Assembly (NCBI RefSeq): GCF_964355755.1 | Contig: NC_092676.1 | Span: forward strand, 10,331,888 to 10,395,887 | Origin: Antedon mediterranea | Lineage: Eukaryota; Animalia; Echinodermata | Direction of reading: 5' to 3' | DNA length: 64,000 bases | Shown here: positions 26,713 through 39,024 of the stretch, piece after piece | Numbering within the stretch: position 1 is the stretch's first letter | Layout: every line of letters begins with the position of its first letter | Notes under the pieces: generated by a model | What the model was told of the DNA's origin: nothing | What the model saw: only the letters and a program-made list of their open reading frames with translations | Database searches by the model: none | Translations under genes and position numbers: made by a program

Positions 26713-29018
26713 GAATACAGGTCAACCCGTACCCATGCCAACTCGTACCCACCAACTCGTACCCAAATTTTGGCTTACTCGTACCCAAAATTTTGGCTGA
26801 CCCGTACCCATCATTGGCTGACCCGTACCCATCATTGGCTGGCCCGTACCCAAGTTTAATGCTATTTAAAGTATATTTATATTACATTTAAACCCAGTTT
26901 TATTAAATTTTTAGATACCAATCATATGTTCGATATTATAATGGCAAAAACTATTGACCTAAAATGTATAATAATATGTACAGACTCGTACGAAAAAAGC
27001 ACAGCTTTCATCATCGTATTTGCGTACGTCGTATTTGGTAAAGTTAATACTTGAGGGCGCTGTTTTATATGGCTCTGTGGAAGATGTCAGTGGTCGGCTG
27101 TGCTGCATTCTATTTTTTTTCATTTATGAGTTATTAATCTATTATTTTCTACGAATAGTAGTACATGGAAATTGAAATACCCACTAGTCTGTGATGATGA
27201 AAACTTAAATTATTAAAAGTAAACATGAATATCTTTTATACATAATTTGTATTTTCATTTTATTTTACAGATAATGAAGTAATGTGCTTTTTGAAAATCG
27301 TTTTAAAACGAATGGTTTTTGTTGTTTTGTTTTGCAAGTTTTGGAAAGTATTAAACTGTTTTAACATTTCGAAAATATTTAATACATTTTTAAATAGTCA
27401 CTCGTATTTTAAAATCACGAAACTATTTAAGTGGATACCAGCCTCATTGCTGCTATGAGCATTTAGTAGTAGATTAGATTATTGCCGTTTATCTAGTATA
27501 CAATGACGGATGTGAGAGTAATAATAAAAGGTAACTACAGGTACTAACCTCCAATAATTTAACATTTAATTACAAACGACGACATTTGCTGTTATTACGT
27601 TTTCATTTTATAATGATTATTACTGTATTATTATGACTAAAAACCGAAATAAATACTACTAAAACTTAAAAAAATCATCTTATCGCTGACAGATACGTAA
27701 GTACTCAGACACGTGTAGGTAGGCCTTCAGAACGTTTATATTATTTTAGTAAATAAGACGACATCCGTTGCCATGGAAAAACGATCGTAGTACGTTCATT
27801 TCATTTGTCTTATTTGACACATTATAGAATGCGTTTTTTTTTTTTTAAAGGGAATCCCTCGTCAGCAAAAACACGTAGCTGTAAGTTATTGAGGAAACAT
27901 CTACCAAAAATGTTTAATTACCGTAAACAAACAGATAATTTTACTGAATTATTTAAGAAAAAAAAAAAATAGAAAACAATCATACGCCACATTGCGTTGC
28001 CTATTTTTGGACACACTACAAATGGACCCGTACAAATGCGTTTTTTTTTTAAATAATAAAGAGGAATCCCCATTCAGCAAAAACACGTAGCTGTTATAGA
28101 AGAAAATCTGCCAAAATGTTTAATTGCCTTAGGCTACAGCACGACAGTACGTGTATATGATCATTTCACTGAATTATTAATAAATAAAATATATGGAAAA
28201 TGATCATACGTCATTACTAAGTCGTCTCTTTGACGCCGGCCCTATAAATGCGTGTTTTTTATAATAAAAGGTTAATCCCGGTCAGAAAAAACACGTAACA
28301 CGAAATACAACCAATTTTAAATATACCAAATAAGATAGAAATAATAATTACTTGATCGAATGTAATCAGGGAAGATAATTAGAATAAAATAAAAGAATAA
28401 AAATTGATAAGTATAAAATTTTACGTTGTTGGTACTTTACCTGGGCTTAATTGAATTGTAATACTAACTATACAACAGTTAAAATATTTTTGTATTAATT
28501 AATGTTCTCTTACGTAAATAAAAAAGACACATCAAACATACGTTTATAAAACTATAATACTAGATTTAAATAAATGTTAACAAATATATGCCTAATTAAA
28601 CGAAGTCTACAATCAAATCAATGGTCATTTTTATTAGCACACATTTCACCGAGACCTGTAAAATAAAAAAAAACAATTTAAATATAAAAATATTCATACG
28701 GCAAAAGCATACCACTAGTTTTGCGCCGATCAAATCATTACAAGTAATTATTCAAATTGGGTACGAGTAGGCCAAATAATGGGTACGAGTAAGCCAAAAA
28801 TGGGTACATGTAAGCCAAAAAATGGGTTCGAGTAAGCCAAATACTTGGGTACGAGTAAGCCAAATATTTAGGTACGAGTTGGCATGGGTACGGGTTGGTT
28901 TGGGTACGGGTTAGCCAAAGTGGGTACGAGTTGACCAATTATTTGGGTACGGGTTAGCCAAGTTGGGTACGAGTTGGCATGGGTACGGGTTGGTTTGGGT
29001 ACGGGTTGACCAGCACCC
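26713..29018. mobile_element. Non-autonomous TIR element with 8-bp TSD and ACYCGTACCC subterminal arrays
   Basis: ctgcagtc|gaatacaggtcaacccgtaccc ... gggtacgggttgaccagcaccc|ctgcagtc. Confidence 0.85.
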
Positions 29019-29159
29019 CTGCAGTCTACTGTAGGCATCCTCACTCACTCAACTCAGCCTTTCTCTAGCCATTTGGTCTCTTGAATTTGAATTGGTGGTT
29101 GTTTTTTTGGCAGTTGGTGAGGATTGATCTGATTGGTTGAGCATTCAATTATTTCCCTG

Positions 29160-29475
29160 TTTACCATTCAAAATCTCTTCCTGAATGCTACCAATGATCT
29201 TAGCATTCACACTACCATTCAACATATCTCCCTGAATGCTACCAATGTTCTTAGCATTCACACTACCATTCAAAATATCTCCCTGAATGCTACCAATGTT
29301 CTTAGCATTCACAATACCATTCAGAATATCTCCCTGAATGCTACCAATGATCTTGGCATTCACACTACCATTCAAAATCTCTTCCTGAATGCTACCAATG
29401 ATCTTAGCATTCACACTACCATTCAAAATATCTCCCTGAATGCTACCAATGAACTTAGCATTCACACTACCATTC
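29160..29475. repeat. 51-bp tandem repeat (6 units), each with an inverted tgaatgcta/tagcattca pair
   Basis: ccattcaaaatatctccctgaatgctaccaatgatcttagcattcacacta repeated; part of the right subterminal region of the CACTA element. Confidence 0.9.
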
Positions 29476-32400
29476 GGGATAGCTTCTGAATGCTTATTGA
29501 CTCTTGTAAGCATTCCTAAAGAATGCTTGGAAACTTTTCTTAGCATTCCGATTAAGTGGTTTTAACCATGAATGCCTAAATTCTAAAAATTACCTGTAAA
29601 TTAGCATTCGAATGCCTAGTGAATGGTTAGCGAAGGCTATTTAAGCATTCTCCTTTGGTAAGGGAATTAACAATTATATCTTAATGTCTTACCAGCTCAG
29701 TGGCTCTCTTGGCACTGGCCTAACACGAACTCTTATATCATGTTTGTATACCTCATACAGCCTAAAATAAATAAAGTGAATATTTTGCAATACTTCAACA
29801 TATTTGATAGGACTGACAAACTCATTTTTGTAGGTCATTATAAAAAAAAAAGTTATAGATTCGGCCTCTTTACACTATGCAAGTTAATTAAAGAGTGCCT
29901 TTAAATGTATAGATTAAAAATAAATACATTTGAGCAATGAAGTCTCAAAAGTATACTTAAACTAAGAATAACAACATAAAAAGTCTTAACCAAAAATACA
30001 AAGGCTCAAAATACCACTACACTACCCTTTCTTGGCAGTAAATATTTAACTGGCGTATGCCTACCAATTATTATTGTGCATGACGGTGACGTCAATTATT
30101 AGTTAAAAAGAAATAAAACTTAGTCTACAAAATATAAATTCAATTCCGTCTAAGAGCTTAGCCGAAAAAATCTAAATCCTAAGCATAAAATTAACAGAAT
30201 CAAATACAAAAGTAAAGTAAAACATACCCTTTTTCTTTTTTTTTTTTTTTGCACATGTATATGTGAACTTTATTCAATCAATCGTACATTTGTTATAATG
30301 GTAACCACAATAAGATATAATATTACAGTAGATTTTTACAAAAAAACAAGACCAATATAAATATTAATTATAAAATATATACAATGATTATTTACAGTAA
30401 TGATAATAATAAAAATTAATTGTTTATATTGAATATTATTGGATACAGAAGTTGAATAATAAAATACTGGAAAGTTTAATTAGAGGTTTACAATCAATGG
30501 AAAAGATGAAAACAAATAATATTGTAAGTATTAAAAGTAGCAGTGTTTAGGGAGATTACTGTATATTGGCAACGGCACACAGTTGAACATGGTTTTAAGC
30601 AAAAGTATTATATTGATTGATTGAATCGGGCATCACTATAAGCAAAGCTTTAAAATGTGATGTCCTATGTAACAATTAAAAATTGGAAAAAATAAATATG
30701 GCTTAATGAACGTTGTTCAGTCGATCAGATTTCAAGATAGACTGACGAAATTTAGGATAAAACTGTCACAACTGGACACAAACATAGCCCCCCCAGGACT
30801 TAGGAACTTCCCATTTCTGTATTAATTGGTCACCATAGTCCATTTCAACTTTTGCCATGGACAAACACTGATTGATTTAATGTTACTGATAATTAAACTG
30901 ATAATTAAGATGATAATGAAAATATTACTTTGCAGGTTCCATACTTTGAAATTAACAATTAAATTGTAGTCATTTGGGTACTGTTAATGATTATAAAACA
31001 CACATATTCTTTTAAATCCTGATTCAGCCAATTATAGTTTTAAAAAAATAGGAGCTTACACCTGCCCCTCTGTGTAAATACCAAAGTCACCTCATGGTTA
31101 CTCTAAATATTGATTTGTAGTGTAATAATCTTTATTTTTCTTCTTCTTCATTTCACTACAGGAACATTCTTTGATGATGAGGAATAGTGATTGATGAAGG
31201 ATGTGGGTTATAGGAATGTGAATAAGGAGTCCCCTAGGGACAGGAAGTAACCACTAGGATTGTTAATAAACATAGAATAGAGAGAAATAGTGAAAAGGTA
31301 TTGTTGGCCTGATGGTCAGAGTGTTACAATCTATATATAAATAATGGTTAATTCTGACATAGGCGAGCACAATGCAAAAACTTCGGTACAAATCTCCGCC
31401 TTGGATACCTACCTTATCTATCTCAGATGTACCGCGAAACGTAGATTTGATAACATTAATTTTCACATCGACGCTATTTTTCCATATTTCTATCTTTTTA
31501 ACACAATTTATGATTTCAACAGTAGATTTTCAACTCAATTTCAATTCTTCCCAGGTCAAAGTAATTTCCGGGTTCATCTTGCAACAACCTGGTTTCAACT
31601 ATTTTCTCTCTTTTATACACAAGGGAGCAGTTAAAATAATAGATTTGACCCTAAAGGTAACTGGAAACAGGCACTTTCCATCAATCAATACAGTGTCCCT
31701 TTGGAAGAATGAAGAAAAAAACCGATAGTAGGACTGGAACTTAAAAATTGCATAGCCATTTCAGTATTTTGTTTATTTTAAAACATACCGCGCGTGTGTG
31801 AAGGTACAGTAGTTAAATAATAGAAATTATACTGCAAATTAATAAAGATCAAATTAAATATACGCCATAAAGAATCAGAATATATTGTGGGGAATTGTAT
31901 TATAAAATTACATAGGGAGATTTGATGATAAGACATTTTTCGAGTGAAATCCCGATAGCTGAGTTTTATTGAGTAAGCTTGCAGGAATAACTGTAGGCTA
32001 TCTTCCTGTGTCCCGTTAGGACCGAGATGTCTGCCCATGTTGCAAGCTGTAATGTCTTCTTTCTTGGGCCCACTCTGTCACGGCAGTTAGTTTCAAAAGA
32101 TGATTAAATTAAATAATGTATTAATAATTATTAGGATGGTATTTATTTGAATAAACGCCTCTCCAATAAAACATCACTTTGAATAATAACCCCCCCCCCT
32201 CCCCCTCCCCCCAAATAACGCCTCTCCAATAAAACATCACTTTTAATAATAACCCCACCCCCCCCCCCCCACCAACCCAACTATCTAATAAACGTCCATC
32301 CACATATTTATAATAACACAATTATACTATTTGTAGTAGAATTCACCGCACTGTTATCTACAATTCTACAATTTACCAAGCATTTGTTATTCTTTTTTAC

Positions 32401-32689
32401 CACTTTTCATATCTATTAGAGGATTTCATTTGATTATAAATGTTACCATATTATTAAAACCAAAAAATTTAACATATATCCCTCGAAAGCACCTCCCTCA
32501 AATGACCTCCGCCTCCCCAAAGGGCCCTACCAAACAATAAAAACTATACTTTAAAATGTTATTAATCATCTAAAACACTGTGAAACAAAGTAGTTTAGTT
32601 TTACAAATGTCAAGCATTTTCAATAATGGTAACCGACAGAAAACGTATAAGGAGAACATTATCATTCCGAGAACCATCGTCTACACTTC

Positions 32690-32726
32690 CTAGAGGGGGA
32701 GCGAGCGAAGCGAGCTCACCCTCTAG
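32690..32726 (+). mobile_element. Helitron-type 3' terminus (hairpin plus CTAG)
   Basis: ctagagggggagcgagcgaagcgagctcaccctctagt; 5' end not located. Confidence 0.5.
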
Positions 32727-32789
32727 TAATACATAATAATAGTTCTGCCTGATCATACTGGATCGTAAAAAGTGTTTTTAGTCTAGCTA

Positions 32790-33000
32790 AGTTGTAGAAT
32801 CAATTTCCACTACTAAACCATTATACCACTGTGGTATACCTTCTGGATTTACACATTTATGTTGCACATGTTTCCCAACCAACAAGTGTGGTGAATCCAC
32901 CATCATTTGAAAGTTCTCTTTAGAGTTCTTTACAGCTCTTGTTTTCCTTCCTTCTTCCAATCGTTTCGAAAGTGCAATTTTTTAAATTTCGAAAATGTCC
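32790..33000 (-). pseudogene. Fragment with Tudor/Spin-Ssty-like motif, probably a transposase C-terminus
   Basis: DVDSPHLLVGKHVQHKCVNPEGIPQWYNGLVVEI; cut off near the Transib end. Confidence 0.35.
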
Positions 33001-33260
33001 ATCAGATCTAATTTTCCTGTATACACAACTGCTGGTTCATGAGTAGACGTCATTGGGACTAGATGTTCAGAATGTGTTGTCGAGGTAATATCATTAAGTG
33101 CAACAATATCAATTTTTTCTGAAATTGTGGTTGATAGTTAGAAGTGGTGCTTTGGATTTTAGAATGTTGTTTATGTAGTTCTCTGCTAACAAACTCATTC
33201 TACTTTGTTGAAATTCCATCATAGTGTTTGTCTATATCCTCTGCTCCCCAGACACCGCCC

Positions 33261-34760
33261 CACAGTGGGTCAGAATCAATTCAAAGTGTGCCAAAAGTCC
33301 AAAATGGTAAATGTGGCAATCCAAACTTTTTAATATTGGATTAGGAAGAAGACATCTTAATTTATTTAAATCCACTAATAATTTTACATTTTGTAAATTT
33401 TAATAGTGTCTTGTAACCATGGAAACTGGAAGAAACCATGACATGACATCACTAGTAAAATGAGCAAAAACAACAGTTTTGATAAATTAGCTGTTATTTT
33501 TTCTAGAAAATGGATTTGATACTGCATGAAATTATTAATCATATTAGTCAGTAAAAATTAAATTTCCATTATATCTTATTTTTGGGGTTAAAAGTCACCA
33601 AATATAGCCCAAAAATACAAAAAAATCGTAATTTTAAAGTAAAACCACTAAAATAGTTTGGATTCGCATCGATTCGAGCGCTAATTTTGACATTAATATT
33701 TCGAGCAAAGCTCTAGCTTAAGCTTTACGTTAATACAAAATATGGCTGCGACAATTTGCTACATTGCATATAGAAAGCGATTTAAATGTCTAAATGCAGG
33801 CAGTTTTAAAATAAATGTATAATGCATTCATTGACACATTCATGTACCGCAATCGCACAAACTTGACGAAGAGAAAACCTTTCCACGATGCGTCTGTATT
33901 GGAAAAGGGAATGCTACCAATGTGAGAATAGGCATTCATGTGTAGGTACAGGTAACATGGCCTCCATATCATTTGAAGCTGTCCATTCGGCTGGTTAAAT
34001 TACCAACATTGAACTAGCCTGTGATGTATGTTTACGTGAATTACGTTTACATTACAATGTAAGGAATGACGAGAACATACCAAAAAACCTTTTGTATACT
34101 ATTAAACTATCAAAGCATTTCTTTATTGTTTACGAAGAAGATGGTACAAGTATGGCCTTCACAAGGTTAATTTCATCAGCTATTAGTAGTCAGAGAACCA
34201 GAAATTCACATTTAAATTATGTGCTGAAGCTTGCAGTTCTGAAGTTTGCAATGCTAACACCATCAAGACCAGCTAAAAGAAGAAAGTTAATATATGAAAA
34301 AAAAACAGAACCGATCAAGTTTACAAGTGAAGAAGCTTTGTCACTTTTAGTTGAAACTGATATGACAAAACAGTCATACCAAAAGCTGCAAAAGTCAAAC
34401 ATGCATATAGTTACCCACCATAAAACAATGTGAGAGAAGCTAAGCATAGATGCTACCCAAACAATAGTTATAACGGTTAAAAAAGATTTGGCAAAAGCAC
34501 CCCTTAAAAACTTGCTGGACCATACTGCACTTCGAATTATTCCGGATAGAAAAGAAGAAAGAAGAAGATACTTCCTCGCGATTTTGCCGACCTTACACCT
34601 GCAATTCAAGAAAGAATTGACTCAACTCTCAAGATGAAATAAAAAAGCTGCACCCCAACGAAAATATTATTGATATTAACTATGAAAACAGAAAAGACAA
34701 CACCTAAATACACTACAATTTACAATTCACCATGGTTGACCAAAAGGTCGTGAATGCTTT
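33261..34760 (+). mobile_element. Transib remnant (left TIR plus internally deleted transposase)
   Basis: cgccc|CACAGTGggtcagaatc terminus; FTSEEALSLLVETDMTKQSYQKL, VREAKHRCYP, PLKNLLDHTALRII, QFTMVDQKVVNA across frameshifts. Confidence 0.75.
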
Positions 34761-35817
34761 TCAGTACATTGAAAATATAATATTAAGATATTATTGTAAG
34801 ATGTAATTTAGTTGGCAAGTAAAACTGGATCAATTTCTTTTCACTTTTGCATTGTACAGGTTAAAGACATTAGATATAAAGGAAAATCTATGTCAGATAT
34901 GTTTACGGTAGTCATAAAGTCTAAAACCTGAATTATTGAATTAAAGTAGGAATGCAATACATGTGATATATCCTTCATAATTTATTTGATTTTCTGTATT
35001 GTATATTATTAATATTTATAGACCAACACATTTATAATTAAATCTAATGATTTTTTTGCAATAAACAGCAAACCTGGTGCAGTCACCAGCCTCACAACCA
35101 TTCCCCTTAATAGCATTACAGAGAGTCCACTACTTTCCTCCTTCATTACATTATTTAATTTGACATACAGCTCTTTCTTTCTTTCTACTGTCAAATACAT
35201 AATCTCCTGTTGTGAACTACAACAGGTAAATATTGGTTCTTTTAAGAATAATGTATACTTTAACCTGCCATGATTTTTGCCATGAATTAGGGCATTATGG
35301 ACTTCTGCTTCTATTTCTAATCTCTTCTTTTTGGAATACTTCACAAATCTTATTTGAACCTGTAGTAAATGAATATAATAAAAATAAACCTGTGTTCCAT
35401 AAAATATAAATTTGAGAAATGTCTTCCAAAAAAATTTAAAATAAAGAATAGTGTGGACTTTATCATAATAATAATAATAATAATTTATTTGGAAAACGCT
35501 TTTTGAACAGCGGCACACATTGTAATAATGGTGCATCCTTAAAACAATTAAACATACAATATAAAAATATATGAGTATAAAAATAAAGATAGACTAGATT
35601 AAAACAGATAATACTCAGATAAAACAGAAGTTCGATAAAAACAAATTAAAAATAAACTGTAATACTAAAACCAATTAAATGCAACCCACATACATAAGCT
35701 TGGACACTAAATTAGCATATCAATTAGTATATGAACAAAGGAATATACAGTACTTAGAATCTATGTTAAGATATACACATTCTTGATACACAGTGTCTAC
35801 CAGCAAAAATAATAAGG

Positions 35818-38800
35818 AACTAGACATGTAACTCGTCACTTTGACGAGTTTGGTTATCCGCCGCGCAAGTGGTGCAACATTAACATTAAGGGGATAGGTT
35901 GAGGACAAAAGGAAGTGTTCACGTTGGCATTATGACCTGAACTGAAGAATATGATATGTTGTTATTGCTGAATTTTATTGTTTAAATTCATATATAGTAT
36001 ACACAGTATAATCTGTATCCATATCACATACAGTGTAGAATAGGTGAAATTACGGGACCCGCTATTTATTGCAATTTTTAACATGTTGACGGTTTTAAAA
36101 TGAAACGCGAAGGTAGCAATTCCGAAAGAAAATTATCTCAGCAACAACGTATTAACGTGTAGAAGAAATTTGAATAGGTGAAATATTGATGCGCGCTCTT
36201 TTAAATGTAATGAATTATGACGCAAAAGATGAAAATACGACCTTTTTTATTTAACTGGCCATATGATGACGTCACAACATCCGATTGGCAACATTTTTAC
36301 ATAATTTCGTATCTACAATCCAATAGCTTCCAGAAAAAGTTTTAATCGTGATTATCACATTTTATTCTTACGAGCTATAACAGATTAAAATTTACTGTAA
36401 AGATGAAATTGATGCCACACGTGATTTAAATTTTTAGGCATGACGACGTCAAAAAAATAAAAATATTTTTAACTCATGCGAAAGATAGTTGATTGACCTA
36501 GACAATATCAAAATCGGGGTGAAAATGGAAAACGGATAAGTGGAGATGCGCTCTATTCAATGTGATGAGCTATGACGAAAGATACAAAAATCCTAAATTT
36601 TATATTCGCGTGGCCATACGATGACGTCACAATGTCCGGTTAGCCATATTAATACCTGATCCGACATCTACAACTCATCTACTTCCAGAATATGTCATCC
36701 ACAAAAAGTTGACCGTCTAGTTTAGAAATTACGACTGTTTAAAAAAAGGCATATTTTAAACGAATTGTTTAACCTTTTCATAAAAAACGCGCGCAAATTG
36801 TCCAATTCGACGTGCTCGTATGACGTATCTTTAAGTCGAAATTGTTTAAAATTTGGTAAAATTACTAGAAAAGGCTGGAAAAACATAAATTACGCGAAAA
36901 AAATACGTTTTCAATGCTACGTGCGCACCGCACACGTAAAAATGTGCGCACGCGTGGGAATTTTTGACATGCTTAAAACGACATGAAACGCGTAGAAAGT
37001 TGATTATAAATTAATTTTGCGCAATTTGAAATTTTAAATGCGCGTGCGCGCGTAACTTTGTGTAAAACACGCAATTTTTTTTCAACAGAAAGTTAGCGCA
37101 TGATATAAATTAAACTTTTGCAAAGTTTCACTTTAAAATGTTATTTGGTTTTCGACATATGTTAAATACGAGAAAATCGTTAAATCGCGCGTACGTCACG
37201 TTGCGCAATTGTAAACGTCATGAAAAGCTTCGCATGACGACGTTACGTAAATGTCAAAATGTTAACATAGTTAACGAAATGTTATGTTTGCGAGTTTCAG
37301 AGAAAAGCGTTACACAAAAATCATACAGAAAGAAAGAAGAACTAGACATGTAACTCGTCACTTTGACGAGTTTGGTTATCCGCCGCGCAAGTGGTGCAAC
37401 ATTAACATTAAGGGGATAGGTTGAGGACAAAAGGAAGTGTTCACGTTGGCATTATGACCTGAACTGAAGAATATGATCTGTTGTTATTGCTGAATTTTAT
37501 TATTTAAATTCATATATAGTATACACAGTATAATCTGTATCCATATCACATACAGTGTAGAATAGGTGAAATTACGGGACCCGCTATTTATTGCAATTTT
37601 TAACATGTTGATGGTTTTAAAATGAAACGCGAAGTTAGCAATTCCGAAAGCAAATTATCTAAGCAACAACGTATTAGCGTGTAGAAGAAATTTGAATACG
37701 TTAAATATTGATGCGCGCTCTTTTAAATGTAATGAATTATGACGAAAAAGATGAAAATACGACCTTTTTTATTTAACTGGCCATATGATGACGTCACAAC
37801 ATCCGATTGGCAACATTTTTACATAATTTCATATCTACAATCCAATAGCTTCCAGAAAAAGTTTTAATCGTGATTATCACATTTTATTCTTACGAGCTAT
37901 AACAGATTAAAATTTACTGTAAAGATGAAATTGATGCCACACGTGATTTAAATTTTTAGGCATGATGACGTCAAAAAAATTAAAATATTTTTAACTCATG
38001 CGAAAGATAGTTGATTGACCTAGACAATATCAAAATCGGGGTGAAAATGGAAAACGGATAAGTGGAAATGCGCTCTATTCAATGTGATAAGCTAAGACGA
38101 AAGATACAAAAATACTAAATTTTATATTCGCGTGGCCATACGATGACGTCACAATGTCCGGTTAGCCATATTAATACCTGATCCGATATCTACAACTCAT
38201 CTACTTCCAGAATATGTCATCCACAAAAATTTGACCGTCTAGTTTAGAAATTACGACTGTTTAAAAAAAGGCATATTTTAAACGAATTTTTTAACCTTTT
38301 CATAAAAAACGCGCGCAAATTGTCCAATTCGACGTGCTCGTATGACGTATCTTTAAGTCGAAATTGTTTAAAATTTGGTAAAATTACTAGAAAAGGCTGG
38401 AAAAACATAAATCACGCAAAAAAAATACGTTTTCAATGCTACGTGCGCACCGCACACGTAGAAATGTGCGCACGCGTGGGAATTTTTGACATGCTTAAAA
38501 CGACATGAAACGCGTAGAAAGTTGATTATAAATAAATTTTGCGCATTTTGAAATTTTAAATGTGCGTGCGCGCGTAACTTTGTGTAAAACACGCAATTTT
38601 TTTTCAACAGAAATTTAGCGCATGATATAAATTAAACTTTTGCAAAGTTTCACTTTAAAATGTTATTTGGTTTTCGACATATGTTAAATACGATAAAATC
38701 GTTAAATCGCGCGTACGTCACGTTGCGCAATTGTAAACATCATGAAAAGCTTCGCTTGACGACGTTACATAAATGTCAAAATGTTAACATAGTTAACAAA

Positions 38801-39024
38801 ATGTTATGTTTGCGAGTTTTAGAGAAAAGCGTTACACAAAAATCATACAGAAAGAAAGAAGAAGAATAAAAAGTTGATGATGATGATGATGATGATGATT
38901 TCGTACAATCACAAGAGGTTATCCTGCAACTTCGTTGCGGATAACCAAAAATAAAAAGTTGATGATGATGATGATTTCGTACAATCACAAGAGGTTATCC
39001 TGCAACTTCGTTGCGGATAACCAA
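35818..39024 (-). mobile_element. ~1.6-kb HINE (outer copy, 35818-37339 plus 38949-39024)
   Basis: subTIRs ttggttatccgc/gcggataaccaa, 3' hairpin actcgtca-ctt-tgacgagt, (GAT)n and (AAG)n microsatellite, ends ctagtt on minus. Confidence 0.85.
37340..38948 (-). mobile_element. Complete HINE of the same family nested inside the outer copy
   Basis: Starts aactagacatg at 37340, ends gcggataaccaa at 38948; near-identical to the outer copy. Confidence 0.85.

Larger units (their letters stand above)
21895..29664. mobile_element. Non-autonomous EnSpm/CACTA (CMC) element, 7.8 kb with nested inserts
   Basis: TIR cccttaccaaag...ctttggtaaggg, 2-bp TSD AA, dense subterminal tagcattcgaatgcta palindromes at both ends (21900-22470, 29140-29660). 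Confidence 0.8.

Noticed and set aside
29133-29546. Repeat-protein ORFs on both strands
   Set aside because: By-products of a 51-bp subterminal tandem repeat.
30700-31200. Possible plus-strand host exons
   Set aside because: Acceptor-like sites exist but no consistent open frame or recognisable motif.
35818-38870. Simple 1.52-kb tandem duplication
   Set aside because: The doubled terminus at 38870-39024 shows nesting instead.
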